Shown here: positions 50,617 to 62,695 of the stretch, in pieces
Position numbering within the stretch: the first letter of the stretch is position 1
Layout: the number at the start of each line of letters is the position of its first letter
DNA from: Chiloscyllium plagiosum
Taxonomy: Eukaryota
Direction of reading: 5' to 3'
Assembly: GCF_004010195.1 (NCBI RefSeq)
Contig: NC_057719.1
Location: 32,239,028 to 32,301,722, forward strand
DNA: 62,695 nt
Program-made: the position numbers and the translations under genes
The notes under the pieces: generated by a model
The model's input: only the letters and a program-made list of their open reading frames with translations
The model's database searches: none
Told to the model about the DNA's origin: nothing

Positions 50617-51274
50617 TGTTATGGACCAGGCCAGACCCCCTCAAAACATTTCAAGAAAGTAACCCAGCCCTAACTTTGCTAGTTGTTTTAAGCAGGTGCA
50701 ACACAGATATTCCAGGAGGGATGCAGTTGGTCAAGCCACATAGTTTTAAACAAAACAGAATTTATTTATACAAGATTACTGAATGAAACACAAAATAAAA
50801 GAGAACACGATACTGAATAATTTAACCTCCCTGAAAATCCAACAGATCATCCCAAATTAAAGATGCTGTTCCAAATATTTGCTACAATGCCCATAAACAC
50901 CTCTTGGCACAAAAAAGTAAAATCAAACACAGGGTCTTACGGGAGAGATATCAGACAGAGAAGAGGATCAGCATTAACCTACTTCTTTTGTCCAGCAGCT
51001 TTAAAACTGCATGACTGAGTTCAGTGAATAGCCAAACTCCAAAAATTAAATCAAACCAGAGAAGTGCTGAGCTGGCAGAACTGGCCACTCCCCTTTCACT
51101 GTACAAGTGTTTCTTTTTAAACTTGAAAGCTTTTCGCCTGAGGTAGTATCTGTTAGCTATAATCAAATTGGCCCTGAAACCCGTCCAAGCCCAGAATTTT
51201 TGGAACCTGTGTTTTTATGACCTCCTGGAAAAAAAAGGAAATCCTAACCTCATTAAAGGAAAAGCATCATCACA
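50617..51274 (-). mobile_element. Solo LTR (related to 47802-48450)
   Basis: TGTT..CACA termini, 658 bp, 4-bp TSD atat at 50613-50616 and 51275-51278. Confidence 0.85.
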
Positions 51275-52056
51275 ATATATTAAATTTCCTTTGACATAAA
51301 GCACTGCTGAGCTGGGACTTCCTGCGACTCAGTGGTGTCTATCATTCAAATAACAGTTTGATTCAAGGCCCTTAAAAATCCTTCTCCTTATATATTAGCC
51401 CCAAACCACACTTCCCAAGAATTTCCTGTGCCATCCAGGAGGCATAGTTATTAATGACAAACATACACCCTCGGTTTAGGGAATAACTGACACTACAGAA
51501 TAACTCACTGATATCTCCAATTAGATTTTCCCTTTTCCAAACATCATTTTCTGGCTTCTCCTTACTGTTGGTGCAAATCTAAACTTATGATTCTTAGTCC
51601 CACTGTATGCACTTTGACAATTATTACAGCTGTCAATCCTGAAACATTAAAATTATTTCAAGAGAGACAATGGTGACATCATGTAATAATGGCTTGGGCT
51701 CCACGATCTTAACCATTTCATCTGATGTTGGCTTTACAATTGTCAGGCATTTTGTGGGTTCTGATATCCACAATTACCTCTGTCTTATCATCTCTGAGAT
51801 CAATTTTTCATAATTTTGCTCACATTTTATGTTGTTCTTAACTTCTATAGAATGCCTATCTTCCAATAGTGGTGTTATGAAAAACAAGCTTGAATTTGAC
51901 TTCTACTGTTCAATGATCCCTCTGCTAAGCTTGTTTGAATTTCCTAATATTATATTGTGGCTAGTAATGAGATGGCAACACTTTAACATTTCCATGTGGC
52001 CGTACCTTTTAATGCTTTTGAATATTTGTCTGGTGTTCTGTGCTAATGAATGAATT

Positions 52057-52397
52057 CGAGATTGGATTACATTCCCTACAGAATGGAAACAGGCCATTTG
52101 GCCCAACAAGTCCACATCAACCCTCCAAAGAGTAACCCACCCAGACCCATTCCCCTTACCTATATTTACTCCTGACTAATGCACCTAACACTATGGGCAA
52201 ATTAGCATGGCCAATCTACCCTAATGTGCACATATTTGGATTATGTGAGAAAACTAAAGCACCTGGAGGAACCTCCACTGCAGACACAGGGAGAATGTGC
52301 AAACTCCATACAGACAGTCACCTGAGGCAGGAATCAAACCCAGGTTTCTGGCACTGTAAGGCACCAGTGCTAACCAATGAGCCACCGTGCCATCCCA
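52057..52397 (-). mobile_element. HE1-like V-SINE, full length
   Basis: Reverse complement matches 11237-11571 and 24672-24992. Confidence 0.9.
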
Positions 52398-52924
52398 GCT
52401 GTAACCTAGTCAAAATTGGGTCAAAATTATGAAATTTCTTCCTTAAGTGCATTGGGGGTCAACCTACACATCCAGATGGCTTTTAATATCTCGACTCATT
52501 AATTAAAAAAGATCATTAGTAAACTGAATGACTGGTTAATGGTTGTACTCTTTTCTCCTTTTCCTATCAATTCCTTTTCTCCAGCAATTACTTACTACTC
52601 TGGACTGGATGGAGATGTTTCAAACCTTGACAGAATTACTACCACAGTACAAGGTGTTCTCATTCTTATGTTTTAATAGTGAACATACCAGTTACCTATG
52701 GAATGTAAGAAAATTTCAAATTCCAAAGACCTGAATTCCAAAATAGTTGTCCTAATGAAAAGGTGTCAATGATCATTCAACTTGTGATAGTTCCTAGCCC
52801 TGTTACCAATCCTAGTTGGATCTTGCATATAACCGTTATTATGAGTAGTTCCATGAATCAGATGCATCTCTATAACAAATCTGTATGCTATATTACCACT
52901 AGATTACCAATGTCAATAGATGAT

Positions 52925-53512
52925 CAAATGTGAGCAAATGTGAGGTCTTGCACTTTGGAAAAAAGAATACAAACATGGACTACTTTCTAAACGGTAAGAA
53001 AATTCGTAAAGCCAAAGTACAGAGGGATCTGGGAGTGCTAGTTGAGGATTCTCTAAAGGTAAACATGCAGTCTATCTCATAATTGGGATTGTATTCATTG
53101 GAGTTTAGAAGATTAAGGGGAGATCTATTAGAAACTTACAAGATAATACATGGCTTGGAGAGGATGGACGCTAGGAAATTGTTTTGGTTAGGCGAGGAGA
53201 CTGGGACCCGCGGACACAGCCTTAGAATTAGAGGGGGTAAATTCAGAACAGAAATGCAGAGACATTTCTTCAGCCAGAGAGTGGTGGGCCTGTGGAATTC
53301 ATTGCCGCAGAGTGCAGTGGAGGCTGGGACGCTAAATGTCTTCAAGGCAGAAATTGATAAATTCTTGATGTCACAAGGAATTAAGGGCTACGGGGAGAAT
53401 GCGGGTAAGTGGAGTTGAAATGCCCATCAGCCATGATTGAATGGTGGAGTGGACACGATGGGCCGAATGGCCTTACTTCCGCTCCTATGTCTTATGGTCT
53501 TATGGTCTTATG
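52925..53512 (+). mobile_element. CR1 3' portion with internal deletion
   Basis: KCEVLHFGK; ORF 53083-53418 GLYSLEFRRLRGDLLETYK..; (TCTTATGG)n tail. Confidence 0.92.
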
Positions 53513-53599
53513 ATCTGTTGGTGCAAAGACACCTATCAGGGGAAAATGAATGCGCGCACATTGAAGTCCAGATGGATCCGTTTTCACAAATCTAAAAAT

Positions 53600-55465
53600 T
53601 TGATTTGCTTTGTTATTGTCACATGTACTGAGGTACAGTGAAAAATATTGTGTTGCATGTTAACCAGATGAATCATATCTTACATAAGTACATCAGGTTA
53701 AAAGAACAGAATGTAGAATTTTGTATTATACTACAGAGAAGGTGCAGAGAAAGATCAACTCTAATATAAGAGACAAGGTTAAAATGAGGACTGCAGATGC
53801 TGGAGATTAGAGTCAAGATTAGAGTGGTGCTGGAAAAGCACAGCAGGTCAGGCAGTATCCGAGGAGCAGGAAAATCAACATTTTGGGCAGGAGCCCTTCA
53901 TCAGGAATGAGCATTGGGGATGGGCAAGAAGCTGTCCTTAAATCTCTTGGTACATGTCTTCAAATTTTTTTATCTTTTGCCTAATGGAAGAAGGTGGAAT
54001 AGAGTATATCCAGGGTGGAAGATTATGTTAGCTGCTTTCCAATGAAACAGGAAGTGTAGACTGAATCAATGGAAGGAAGGCTACTTTTTATGATGGACTG
54101 GAATGCGTTTACAACTCTGTAATTTCTTGTGGTCTTGGCAGAGCAGTTGCCATACCAAGCTGTGATGGATCCAGATTGGACACTTTCTGTGGTACCTCTG
54201 TAAAAATTGGTAAAAGTCATTGTGGATCTGCGGAATTTCTTTAGAAGTATTGATGTTCTTTCCTGATGGAGGTATTGATGTGGATGGACTAGGATAGATC
54301 ATTGGTGACATTTATTCTTAGGCATTTGAAGCTCTCGACCACCTTCATCTCAACACCATTGATATGGACAGAGTCATGTCCTCCACTTTGCTTCCTGAAG
54401 TCAATAACCAGCTCCTTCATTTTGCTGACATTGAGGGAAGGATTGTTGTTTTTACACCATGTTGGTAAGCTGTCCATCCCTTTCCTTTACTCTGTCTCAT
54501 CATTGTTTGCCACTATGATAATATCAGCAAATTTATAAAGGGAATTAGCGCTGAGTTTGGCCACACAATTGTGAGTGTCTGAGGAGTATATTAGAGGACT
54601 GAGTACAAAGTCTTGCAGGGCATTGGTGTTGAGGATTACTGTGGATTGTTGGGTTGCCTATCTTTACTGATTGTGTTCTGTGGATCAGCAAGTCAAGGAT
54701 CCAGTTGCAGAGTGTGGAGCAGAGCCCCAGGCTTAGAGTTTGGAAATGTGTTTGGTTGGAATTATGGTGTTGAAGGTCGAGTTAAAGTCAATAAATAGGT
54801 GTCTGACAAAGGTGTCCTTGTTATCCAGATGTTCCAGAGATGAGTGTAGGGCCAGGGAAATAGTTCTGCCATGACCTATTATGATGTTAAGCGAATAGAA
54901 GCAGATAAACGCAATCTTGGAGGCTGGAGTTGATATGTGCCACTACTAACCTCTTGAAGCACTTCATAATGAGAGATGTCAGAGCCATTGGACAGTAGCA
55001 TTCAGGCATGTTCCTGAGTTTTCTTTGACTTCAGGATGATAGTGGTCTTATTGAAATAGGTGGGAACCTCACATCAGAGTAAGGAGAGGTTAAAGATGTT
55101 TGCAAATACTCCCGCTAGCTGGTCCGTGCAGAATCTGAGGGAACAGCCAGGGACTCCATCGGGGCCAGTTGCTTTCCTTGGGTTCGCCCTCAAGAAGGCT
55201 GATCTAATGTCTACGGTGGTGACTGTAAGTACAGGTGCACACAGGTGCACACAGGGTGGGTGACATCATTTCACTGACCTTCAGTTCAAAATGAGCATAA
55301 AATGCATTGAGCTTATCGGGGAGGGATGCATTGTTGTCAGTGATTCTACTCAACTTCGCTTTGTATCCCATTATATCCTTTCCACAGTCAAAGTGTGATC
55401 CTGTGGTTAGTCTGTGACTCTAGTTTAATCTGGTGTTGTCTCTTGGTGTCCCTGATGGCTTTAAT
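53600..55465 (-). mobile_element. Rex1/Babar-type LINE, decayed
   Basis: WCKNNNPSLNVSKMKELVIDFRK; FYRGTTESVQSGSITAWYGNCS; 3' tail at about 53600-53700. Confidence 0.85.
53778..53912 (-). mobile_element. PLE family A arm with mutated HHR
   Basis: Reverse complement cattcctgatgaagggctcctgcccaaaatgttg plus typical arm. Confidence 0.85.
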
Positions 55466-56285
55466 GTTAAAGGAATAATATTCTAATTTTCTTTAATGGT
55501 ATCCCTCATTGCAGCTGAGAAAAACTATTCCTGAGAGTGATCTAGCTTCATGAAATTGTCCTCATCCTTACAGTTTTACTTCAGTGCTTTTCCCACACTT
55601 TACTTGCCAGATCAAAATATTGCAAACCACTCTATTTAAAAATAATTATTCAGCTCAAGGAAATAGCAAGGTAAGCTCTGGAACACTAATCATAATCAAA
55701 CATTTTACTTCATCTTACTCCTTGCAGGTATTGACTATTTAAGTTTGAATAACAAGGATATACAATAAAATTAGTATGGATTCCAACCCAAGGTCAGTGC
55801 ATTGTGGTACATTTTTAACTTGTTTTTACATTGGCTCTTCACACTGAAATTCCCTGTTGAAATACTTTTGAAAGAAGAATGAACCTATTGTTGAGTAAAT
55901 TATCAAGCAGATTCTTTCTTCTAAATGAAAGCTAAATTATTGGTTTGATTTTTCAGTGATAATTGTCATAACTTCTATTGTATTGTAAAATCTATGTTGT
56001 GACAATTTTACATATAGGTGATTACTTTGTTACTAATCAATGTGCAATTGCATTTCTAATAGTACCTTGTGCTTTGTTGCTTCTTGTACATAGACTTACC
56101 TTGGAAAATAGAAGCACAGACAAGGAAGTCAATCTGTGCATTGTGCCCCTTTGATTGAGTTTTCCACTTAGTACCAGTTCTCTGCTGTTTCTTCACAGCA
56201 CTGCAAATGTCTCCTTATCATTTGAAATGTCCTCTGCAATCTGTTGTCATCTGCAGATAGAGACCTTGGCTGAACTTTCCCTGCT

Positions 56286-56481
56286 GTGAGTGTGGCGCTG
56301 TAAAAGCACAACAGGTCAGCCAGCATCTGAGGAGTAGGAAAACCGACGTTTTGGAATCCTGATGAAGGGTTTATGCCTGAAACGTCGATTCTCCTGCTCC
56401 TCTGATGCTGGCTGACCTGCTGTGCTTTTACAGCACCACATTTTTGACTCTGACCCAGCATCTGTGGTCCTCACTTTCTCT
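56286..56481. mobile_element. PLE family A inverted-arm insertion
   Basis: Short minus arm plus long plus arm. Degenerate TSD (14/19) at 56267-56285 and 56482-56500. Confidence 0.85.
56355..56390 (+). ncRNA. Minimal type-I hammerhead ribozyme (family A)
   Basis: AAUC-CUGAUGA-A-GGGU-uuau-GCCU-GAAA-C-GUC-GAUU: stem I intact, stem II with two G-U pairs. Confidence 0.7.
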
Positions 56482-56815
56482 TAGTTGAATTTTTTCTGCT
56501 CCCTGAATGACAATGTGGACAATGGGGAGTCACCTGGTAAAACATATGTAGGTTTGTAAAAATGAGATTATTGACATGAAGAAAAGGTTTGATTTTACAC
56601 CCAAAGTTCAAATGATGAGACAAGAATTTCATCAGTGAGTAGCAAGATAACTCTTTGCATTTATTAACATCTTATTAGTACCAAATCTTATTTTATTTAA
56701 ATGTAGTTTCCTGTTGTCTTATGCACTGGAGAGAAACTGGATACGACATGAAAATGAGAGCAGGTACATGGCAGGTCCAATACTCACTACTTGCTTCTCT
56801 CGCACTCCAACCTGG

Positions 56816-56989
56816 AGATAGTGAGGACTGCAGATGCTGGAAAGCCACAGTTGATAAAGTGTGTACCTGGAAAAGGAGCAGGACAGTCATCAGTCCTGAT
56901 GAAAGGTCCCGAGCTGAAGCATCAACTGTCTTGTTCTCCTGATGCTGCTTGACCTGCTGTGCTTTTTCCAGCTCCACACTTTATCAACT
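56816..56989. mobile_element. PLE (family A variant) inverted-arm insertion, older
   Basis: Inverted arms; TSD 16/19 ctctc(gc/ag)actcca(a/t)cctgg at 56797-56815 and 56990-57008. Confidence 0.8.
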
Positions 56990-57959
56990 CTCTCAGACTC
57001 CATCCTGGTAAGCACATGCCAGCAGCTCAGTTACACTCAATGGACAGGTGTCACCTGCAACTCCCCCATCCACAGAGGTTAGCATTGTTCTCATACCAGC
57101 CTCACCATGTCATCATGGCACATCTCTAAACCACTTAACATACAGTTCTGAACTTCAATGCTACACTTTGGTGCATGTTGACATCTGGCAATGTAATGCT
57201 GGAAGATTGTGTGCAGTGATAGGGACCAACAAGATTTATTTCATGGCTCTTTGTTTGCCATCTTCGTGCTCACTCTTTGTACCTACTTGGATGCTCACAG
57301 CATCTCTTCTTTACACTACATTTGTGCACCATGTGGCCTCATTCAGAATTTAAAGGCACACAGTGCATCTGACTGGCCTTGCTATTTGGCACATACACAA
57401 AGCCAGGCAGCTTGGCATAGTATTCAACAGTGATCAGTAAAGAGGATAGACATATTGATATATGGCACTGTGCTACATCAATGTCACACCTACAGTACAT
57501 GCCAGCAGCTGGATAGCAAATATACTATGTTGTGTTGTGCTTTAGCCAAATGGTCATAATTCAAAGTTTAAGGAACTACATCAAACTATATTATTACCTG
57601 CACCTATGGAACCAAGAGTGCAATAGTTGATCAATGTAAAAACATACATTAAGTAATGGAAATGTAATGCCAGGGTATCCACATCACTGTTATCCTTCAT
57701 TTACAGCATAAATCACTAAAATAATACGCAACTTTGCCTTAAATATAACTTACCAGCAGAGACCCTCCTCACTTGCACCCTCAATGAACTACTTGGACAT
57801 CACAATGATTGCCATAATACAGTAAACTTCTGGTATATAATATTTGGCAATTTATCGAGAGTGCTGGTTCATAAGGTGCCGGTTAAAACAAAGTTTTCCA
57901 TTGTCTTTGATCAAGTCATAAATGAGAATTTCCTGCCACAGTCAGCCCAGTGCAGCATC

Positions 57960-58046
57960 GACTTCACTGGAGGCTCACTGATGACATTACCTATGGTGGC
58001 GAAACATCTGAAAGTGAACCTTCCAGCTCAGCGAGCAAACCTACAT
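57960..58046 (+). mobile_element. PLE family D terminal fragment with HHR (57975-58011)
   Basis: uca-CUGAUGA-cauuaccuaugguggc-GAAAC-AUC-uga. TSD ccagtg(c/a)agcatc at 57947-57959 and 58047-58059. Confidence 0.8.
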
Positions 58047-58839
58047 CCAGTGAAGCATCAGAGTCTATTGGCTTGGACATGGTCATTCAGCTGCTTGGGG
58101 TGGTCAGGGTTAGGAGTTCTGTATCACCATAGACAGCCTGTCAAAGTGGTCAGAATGGTCAATCCTGCATGTCTGACTGCAACCAGTCCAAGAAATCATG
58201 CTAAGTCAGTAAGGGACATGCACAGGGATCAGTCGTTAGACCATAATAAAGGCTGAAGACATCTGTAATTGTAATGCCTTCCATGTAAAATGCACACAGT
58301 GTGCAACTGCGTATGATACAAATGCTGGACATATGCAATCTTGACCATGTCATTGGTCATTACAAGGAGATCACAGTCATCTCTGTGAAGCAGAAGTGAT
58401 CATAAGTGATGTTTAAAGTCTCACCAGTGGGCCACAATTCACAAAGACAATCCAAGATCTCATTGTCTGCTACAAGAGATTAGAGATAATTTCCTTTTAC
58501 CTTGATCTGTAAATATTCACCAACATGCTCTTATATGCAATGCTGTCTTTTTTGGGTAGTGGGGGGCGGCTGTGGATGGGGAACAAGTAATCAATAATTA
58601 TAGAGAACCATTAATCTTCTTTGTCTTTACATGGCACAGCTTGTGCTGTGTTCATCAGAATAAGCTTCATATGTCAGGGGTCCCTCTTGGAGTTCACCAT
58701 GTCCCACTGAATGGCGTATAGTAAACTGCAATTTCTGTGTGATGCGAATGCTGACTGCTCACTTTACTAAGAACCTGCTATTCATCATAAAGGTTGAATG
58801 GAAAGGTTCATGATGGCCTCAACTGGGGCAATCATCTGT

Positions 58840-59070
58840 GGATTTTTTTTATTGCAAAGAGCTATAGAGGCTGATTATATTAAAGTGTGTTAGCATTTAA
58901 GTATATTAAAGGCTGAGAAGGATTTTAATCAGGAAGATAATCAAAGGTTACGAGGACCAGGCAGGAAAGTGGAATTGAGGATTAGCAGATCAACCATGAA
59001 CTCATTGAATAGTAGAGCAGACTCAGTGAGCAGAATGGCTTACGTCTGCTCCTACATCTTATATTCTTAT
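58840..59070 (+). mobile_element. Old CR1 3' end
   Basis: Similar to 53290-53510. Confidence 0.7.
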
Positions 59071-59099
59071 GTTTTTCATGTCAAATGACGTAAATAGAC

Positions 59100-59600
59100 T
59101 TAGAGTCATAGAGATGTACAACACAGAAACAGACCCTCCATTCCAACTTGTACATGCCAACCAGATATCCTAACCTAATCGAGTCCTATTTGCTAGCCTT
59201 TGGCCCATTTCCCTGTAAACCCTTCCTATTTATATACGCATCCAGATGCCTTTTAAATTTAATTGTACCAGCCTCCACCATTTCCTCTGGCAGCTCAATC
59301 CCTACACGCACTACCCTCTGCGTGAAAAGGTTGACCCTTAGGTCTCTTTTAAATTTTTCCGCTGTCATTCTAACCTATGCCCTCTAGATCTGGACATCCA
59401 CACCCCAGGGAAAAGACCTTGTCTATTTACCCTATCCGTGCCCCTCATGATTTTATAAACCTCTATAAGGTCGCCCCTCAGCCACTGACACTCCAGGGAA
59501 AACAGTCACAGATTATTCAGCTTCTCCCGATAGCTCAAACTCTCCAACCCTGGCAACATCCTTGTAAATCTTTTCTGAACCCTTTCAAGTTTCACAACAT
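59100..59600 (-). mobile_element. CR1 3' portion
   Basis: VVKLERVQKRFTRMLPGLESLSYREKL plus tail. Confidence 0.93.
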
Positions 59601-59825
59601 TCAGAATCCAAGATGGAGGATGAGAAAAAATTGTGGCTGTAAGAGCCGCTCCTTTTTTGAGATATTTAGGTATTGCAGGTGATTTCCTCAAATTCCAGGA
59701 GCAGCATTTAATGTTTTATATGCAATTGCATTGTTTTGGAACTTTGGGAGGAAAAAAGGCTCAAAACAAGGACACTTTAAAAAGGAAGAAGACAGACAAA
59801 GGCAGTAACCACAAGATCAGTGAAA
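59601..59825 (+). mobile_element. Probable LINE 5' UTR fragment joined head-to-head to the CR1
   Basis: Begins cagaatcCAAGATGG (YY1-like LINE start) exactly at the CR1 truncation point. Confidence 0.35.
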
Positions 59826-60369
59826 GAAAAGACTTAATAAAGAATAGATGATTAGGTTTATTTTGCAGACTTGACAACCAAAGACTGAAGTTCATTCAGA
59901 AGGGGATATTGCACATTTGTAACCAATATGAGATTTTATGAAGTGAATGTTAATGCTTTGGGCAAAATTGTTGGAAGTGGAGAAACCCTATAAAGCAATC
60001 ACATAGAGCAAAGAGTCACTACATTGCTGAAAGAGACTACTCATGTACGTAGTGATGTATATGATAATGTAACATCAGCAGTCATGTGCTGGACTCTGAA
60101 AAGAGAGAAGGAACAGTCTGTACCAAAGAGAGAGAAAATGTACCACCTCACATACAATATGTATTTTGGCCTTAGTAAACGATGTGTTGCAATGACCTAC
60201 CGGAGTCAGACAATAGTGATGCAAGGAAGCTGTTCCAATATATAGCAAGCCACCAGCTGTCTGACCTTCAAATCAGATGCAAAAAGGGAAAATCAGCTTG
60301 ACCTCCCTCAAGTCCGTGCTGTCTTTCTGTAAACATTCCCATTTCCCCACTCCATCTTGTTTCACTTTT

Positions 60370-61560
60370 TTTACTCACTCAGGGGACGGGGCTATCCTGG
60401 CTGGCTAGCATTTATTGCTGGTCCCTAGTTGGCTTTGAGAAGGTGGTGTAGAGCTACCTTCCTGAGCTGCTGTAGATAGACCTACAATGCTGTTATGGAC
60501 GGAATTCCAGGATTTTGATGCAATGACAGTGAAGGAATGGTGATATATTTCCAAGTCAGGATAGTGAGTGACTTGGAAGGGAACTTGCAGGTTGCAGTTT
60601 TCCCATATACGTATTGCCATTGTCCTTCTAGATGGAAGTGGTTGTAGGATTGGAAGATATTCTCTGAGGATCTTTGGTGAGTTTTTGCAGTGCTTCTTGC
60701 ATATGAACATGGACTGCTTCAGTATCTGAGGAGTCGCAAATGCAATCATCGGCAAACATCTCCATTTCTGACTTTATGATGGAACAAAGGTCATTGATGA
60801 AGCAACTGGAGATGGTTGAGATGGACACTGGCCTGAGGAACTCCTGCAGAGATATCCTGGAACTGAGATGTCTGATATCAAACAACTATGACCATCTTCC
60901 TATGTGAGAGAAAATAAGGACTGTAGATGCTGGAGAGTCAGAGTCAAAAAGTGACATTTCTGATGAAGGGCTTATGCCCAAAACATTGACTCTCCTCCTC
61001 CTCGGATGCTGCCTGACCTGCTGTGCTTTTCCAGCACCACACTTTTCTACTCGTCTTCGTATGTACCAGGAATGACTCCAACCAACAGAGAGATTGCCCC
61101 TGATTCCAGTTTTGCTAGGGCTCCTTGATGCCACACTCAGCCAAATATGTCCTTAATATTAAGGGCTGTGACTCTCTCACCTCATATCTAAAATTCAGCT
61201 GTTTTGTCCATGTTTGAAGCAAGGCTGTAATGAGGTCAGGAGCTGAGTGGCCCTGGCAGAACCCAAACTAGGCATCATTGAGCAGGTTATTGCTAAGCAG
61301 GATCTGTTTGATAGCACTGCTGATGACACCATCCATCACTTTACTGATGATTGTGAGTAGACTGATGGGATGGTAATTGACCAGATTGGACTTCTTCCAT
61401 CTTGTTTGTCAGGGGGATGTCAATATTTTAACTGTAATGGAACAGCTTGACTAGTACAGCGGCAAATTCTGGAGCACAAGTCTTCAGTCCTGTTCCCAGA
61501 ATCATGTCAGGCCCAGTAGCCTTTGCAGTATCCAGTGCTTCCAATAATCTCTTGATAATA
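60370..61560 (-). mobile_element. CR1-clade LINE RT/3' end, decayed
   Basis: SCFINDLCSIIKSEMEMFADDC; tail gcatttattgc. Confidence 0.8.
60906..61051. mobile_element. PLE family A inverted-arm insertion
   Basis: Minus tail segment plus a plus arm with mutated HHR. TSD 11/13 at 60893-60905 and 61052-61064. Confidence 0.85.
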
Positions 61561-61739
61561 TGTATCCAGACAACTTCTGTTTGAAATTATTCATCTTCTC
61601 TCCCTTTGTCAACCTTGTACCAGCAAGTTCCAAGAGATAACCATTTATCGCATTAAAAATTCTTCCTCACATCTTGCCCTTGATTTCTTGCCTAAATCTG
61701 TGTCACTTAGCCCCCTAATGGAATCAATAATATATGATA

Positions 61740-61835
61740 TAAAAACAGAGTGTTGGAGAAACTCAGCAGATCTAGCAACATTTATGGACAGGATACACAG
61801 TGAACAGTTCAAATGTGGGATGACTCTTCAGAATG
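61740..61835 (-). mobile_element. PLE family B terminal fragment
   Basis: aaacagagtgttggagaaactcagcag..gactcttcagaa, similar to 13761-13858. Confidence 0.6.
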
Positions 61836-62089
61836 CAAAAGGGAACACCATTTTTACAGTCTCCCTTGCCTAACTCTGTCACATCCTTCTTCATTTCTAT
61901 TAAAGCTCCTCTCAATCTCCTTTTCGCCATGTTGAACAATCTTAGCTGCTTCAGTCTAAAATTGGGAATGAAATTCATCATTCCTAGAACCAATTTTGTA
62001 AATTGCATTTGCACCCTTTCAAAGATTCTCACATTACACCTAAAACATGATGACCAGAACTTTTTTAAAAAAATCCATTCACTACTGGT

Positions 62090-62360
62090 AGACATCACTG
62101 GCTAGCCTACATTCATTGTCCTAATTGTGCTGGGGTCTGGAGTCACATGTAGGCCAGACCAGGTAAGGACAGCAGTTTCCCTTCCTAAAGGGCATTAGTG
62201 AACCAGATATGTTTTTCATGTCAATCAGCAAGAGCCTCATGATCATTACTTGACTCTTAATTCCATATTTTCACTGAATTCAAATTCCGATTTTAACCCA
62301 GGTATCCACAATATTGCTTGAGCGTCTATATTAATAGTCGAGTGATAATATCACCAGGCT
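62090..62360 (-). mobile_element. tRNA-derived SINE with CR1-clade tail
   Basis: gggtctggagtcacatgtaggccagacc..cattagtgaaccagat..tgaattcaaattcc; related to 26503-26680. Confidence 0.7.
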
Positions 62361-62422
62361 TTCACCTTCAGTTTCTTTCCTAACCAAAGCTTTATATAGA
62401 TTCAGCAATGTCCTTGTGTTAG

Positions 62423-62695
62423 ACAATAGACAACAGACAATAGACAATAGGTGCAGGAGTAGGCCATTCTGCCCTTCGAGCCAGTACCACCATTCAATAT
62501 GATCATGGCTGATCATCCTTAATCAGAATCTGTTCCTGCCTTATCTCCATAACCCTTGATTCCACTATCCTTGAGAGCTCTACCCAACTCTTTCTTAAAT
62601 GAACCCAGAGACTGGGCCTCCACTGCCCTCTGGGGAAGAGCATTCCACACAGCCACCACTCTCTGAGTGAAGACGTTTCTCCTCATCTCTGTCCT
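62423..62695 (-). mobile_element. CR1 3' end, young (runs off window end)
   Basis: (GACAATA)n tail, CR1 UTR and FTQRVVAVWNALPQRAVEA. Confidence 0.9.

Noticed and set aside
47802..51274. Two related LTRs in the same orientation 2.2 kb apart as one provirus or retrotransposon
   Set aside because: Each LTR has its own distinct TSD (gagt, atat), they are clearly diverged, and the interior is LINE/SINE debris with no gag/pol. They are independent solo LTRs.
56100..56250. Minus-strand exon-like segment (ctgcag|...aag|gtaagt)
   Set aside because: All three frames from the best acceptor contain stops and there is no supporting partner exon.

Overview
Repeat-dominated, AT-rich vertebrate genomic DNA with one 382-N assembly gap (12102-12483). 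The repeat repertoire points to a cartilaginous fish, probably a shark (inference, not a database result). It includes HE1/V-SINEs, a Deu-domain SINE, many CR1 LINEs, Rex1/Babar, L2, RTE, Tx1 and Vingi-like LINE relics, solo LTRs, Harbinger-like relics and abundant Penelope-like elements (PLEs). No intact host gene is recognisable; the ORFs I could assign are transposon fragments, and the rest look like antisense frames or chance ORFs. Two weak candidate host exons exist on the + strand: a 23-nt microexon at 23872-23894 and a possible short terminal exon at 5833-5883. The main signal is about 20 minimal type-I hammerhead ribozyme (HHR) motifs from at least four PLE terminal-repeat families. 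They are often arranged as inverted arm pairs inside 9-19 bp target-site duplications (TSDs). In two cases the arms enclose foreign cargo: 1.37 kb of older, decayed sequence between two identical 117-bp arms (20277-22029), and an inverted copy of nearby flanking DNA (18411-18478 vs 18840-18905). This suggests ribozyme-bounded PLE insertions that capture genomic DNA. Family names are from recognition of motifs, and boundaries of old repeats are approximate.
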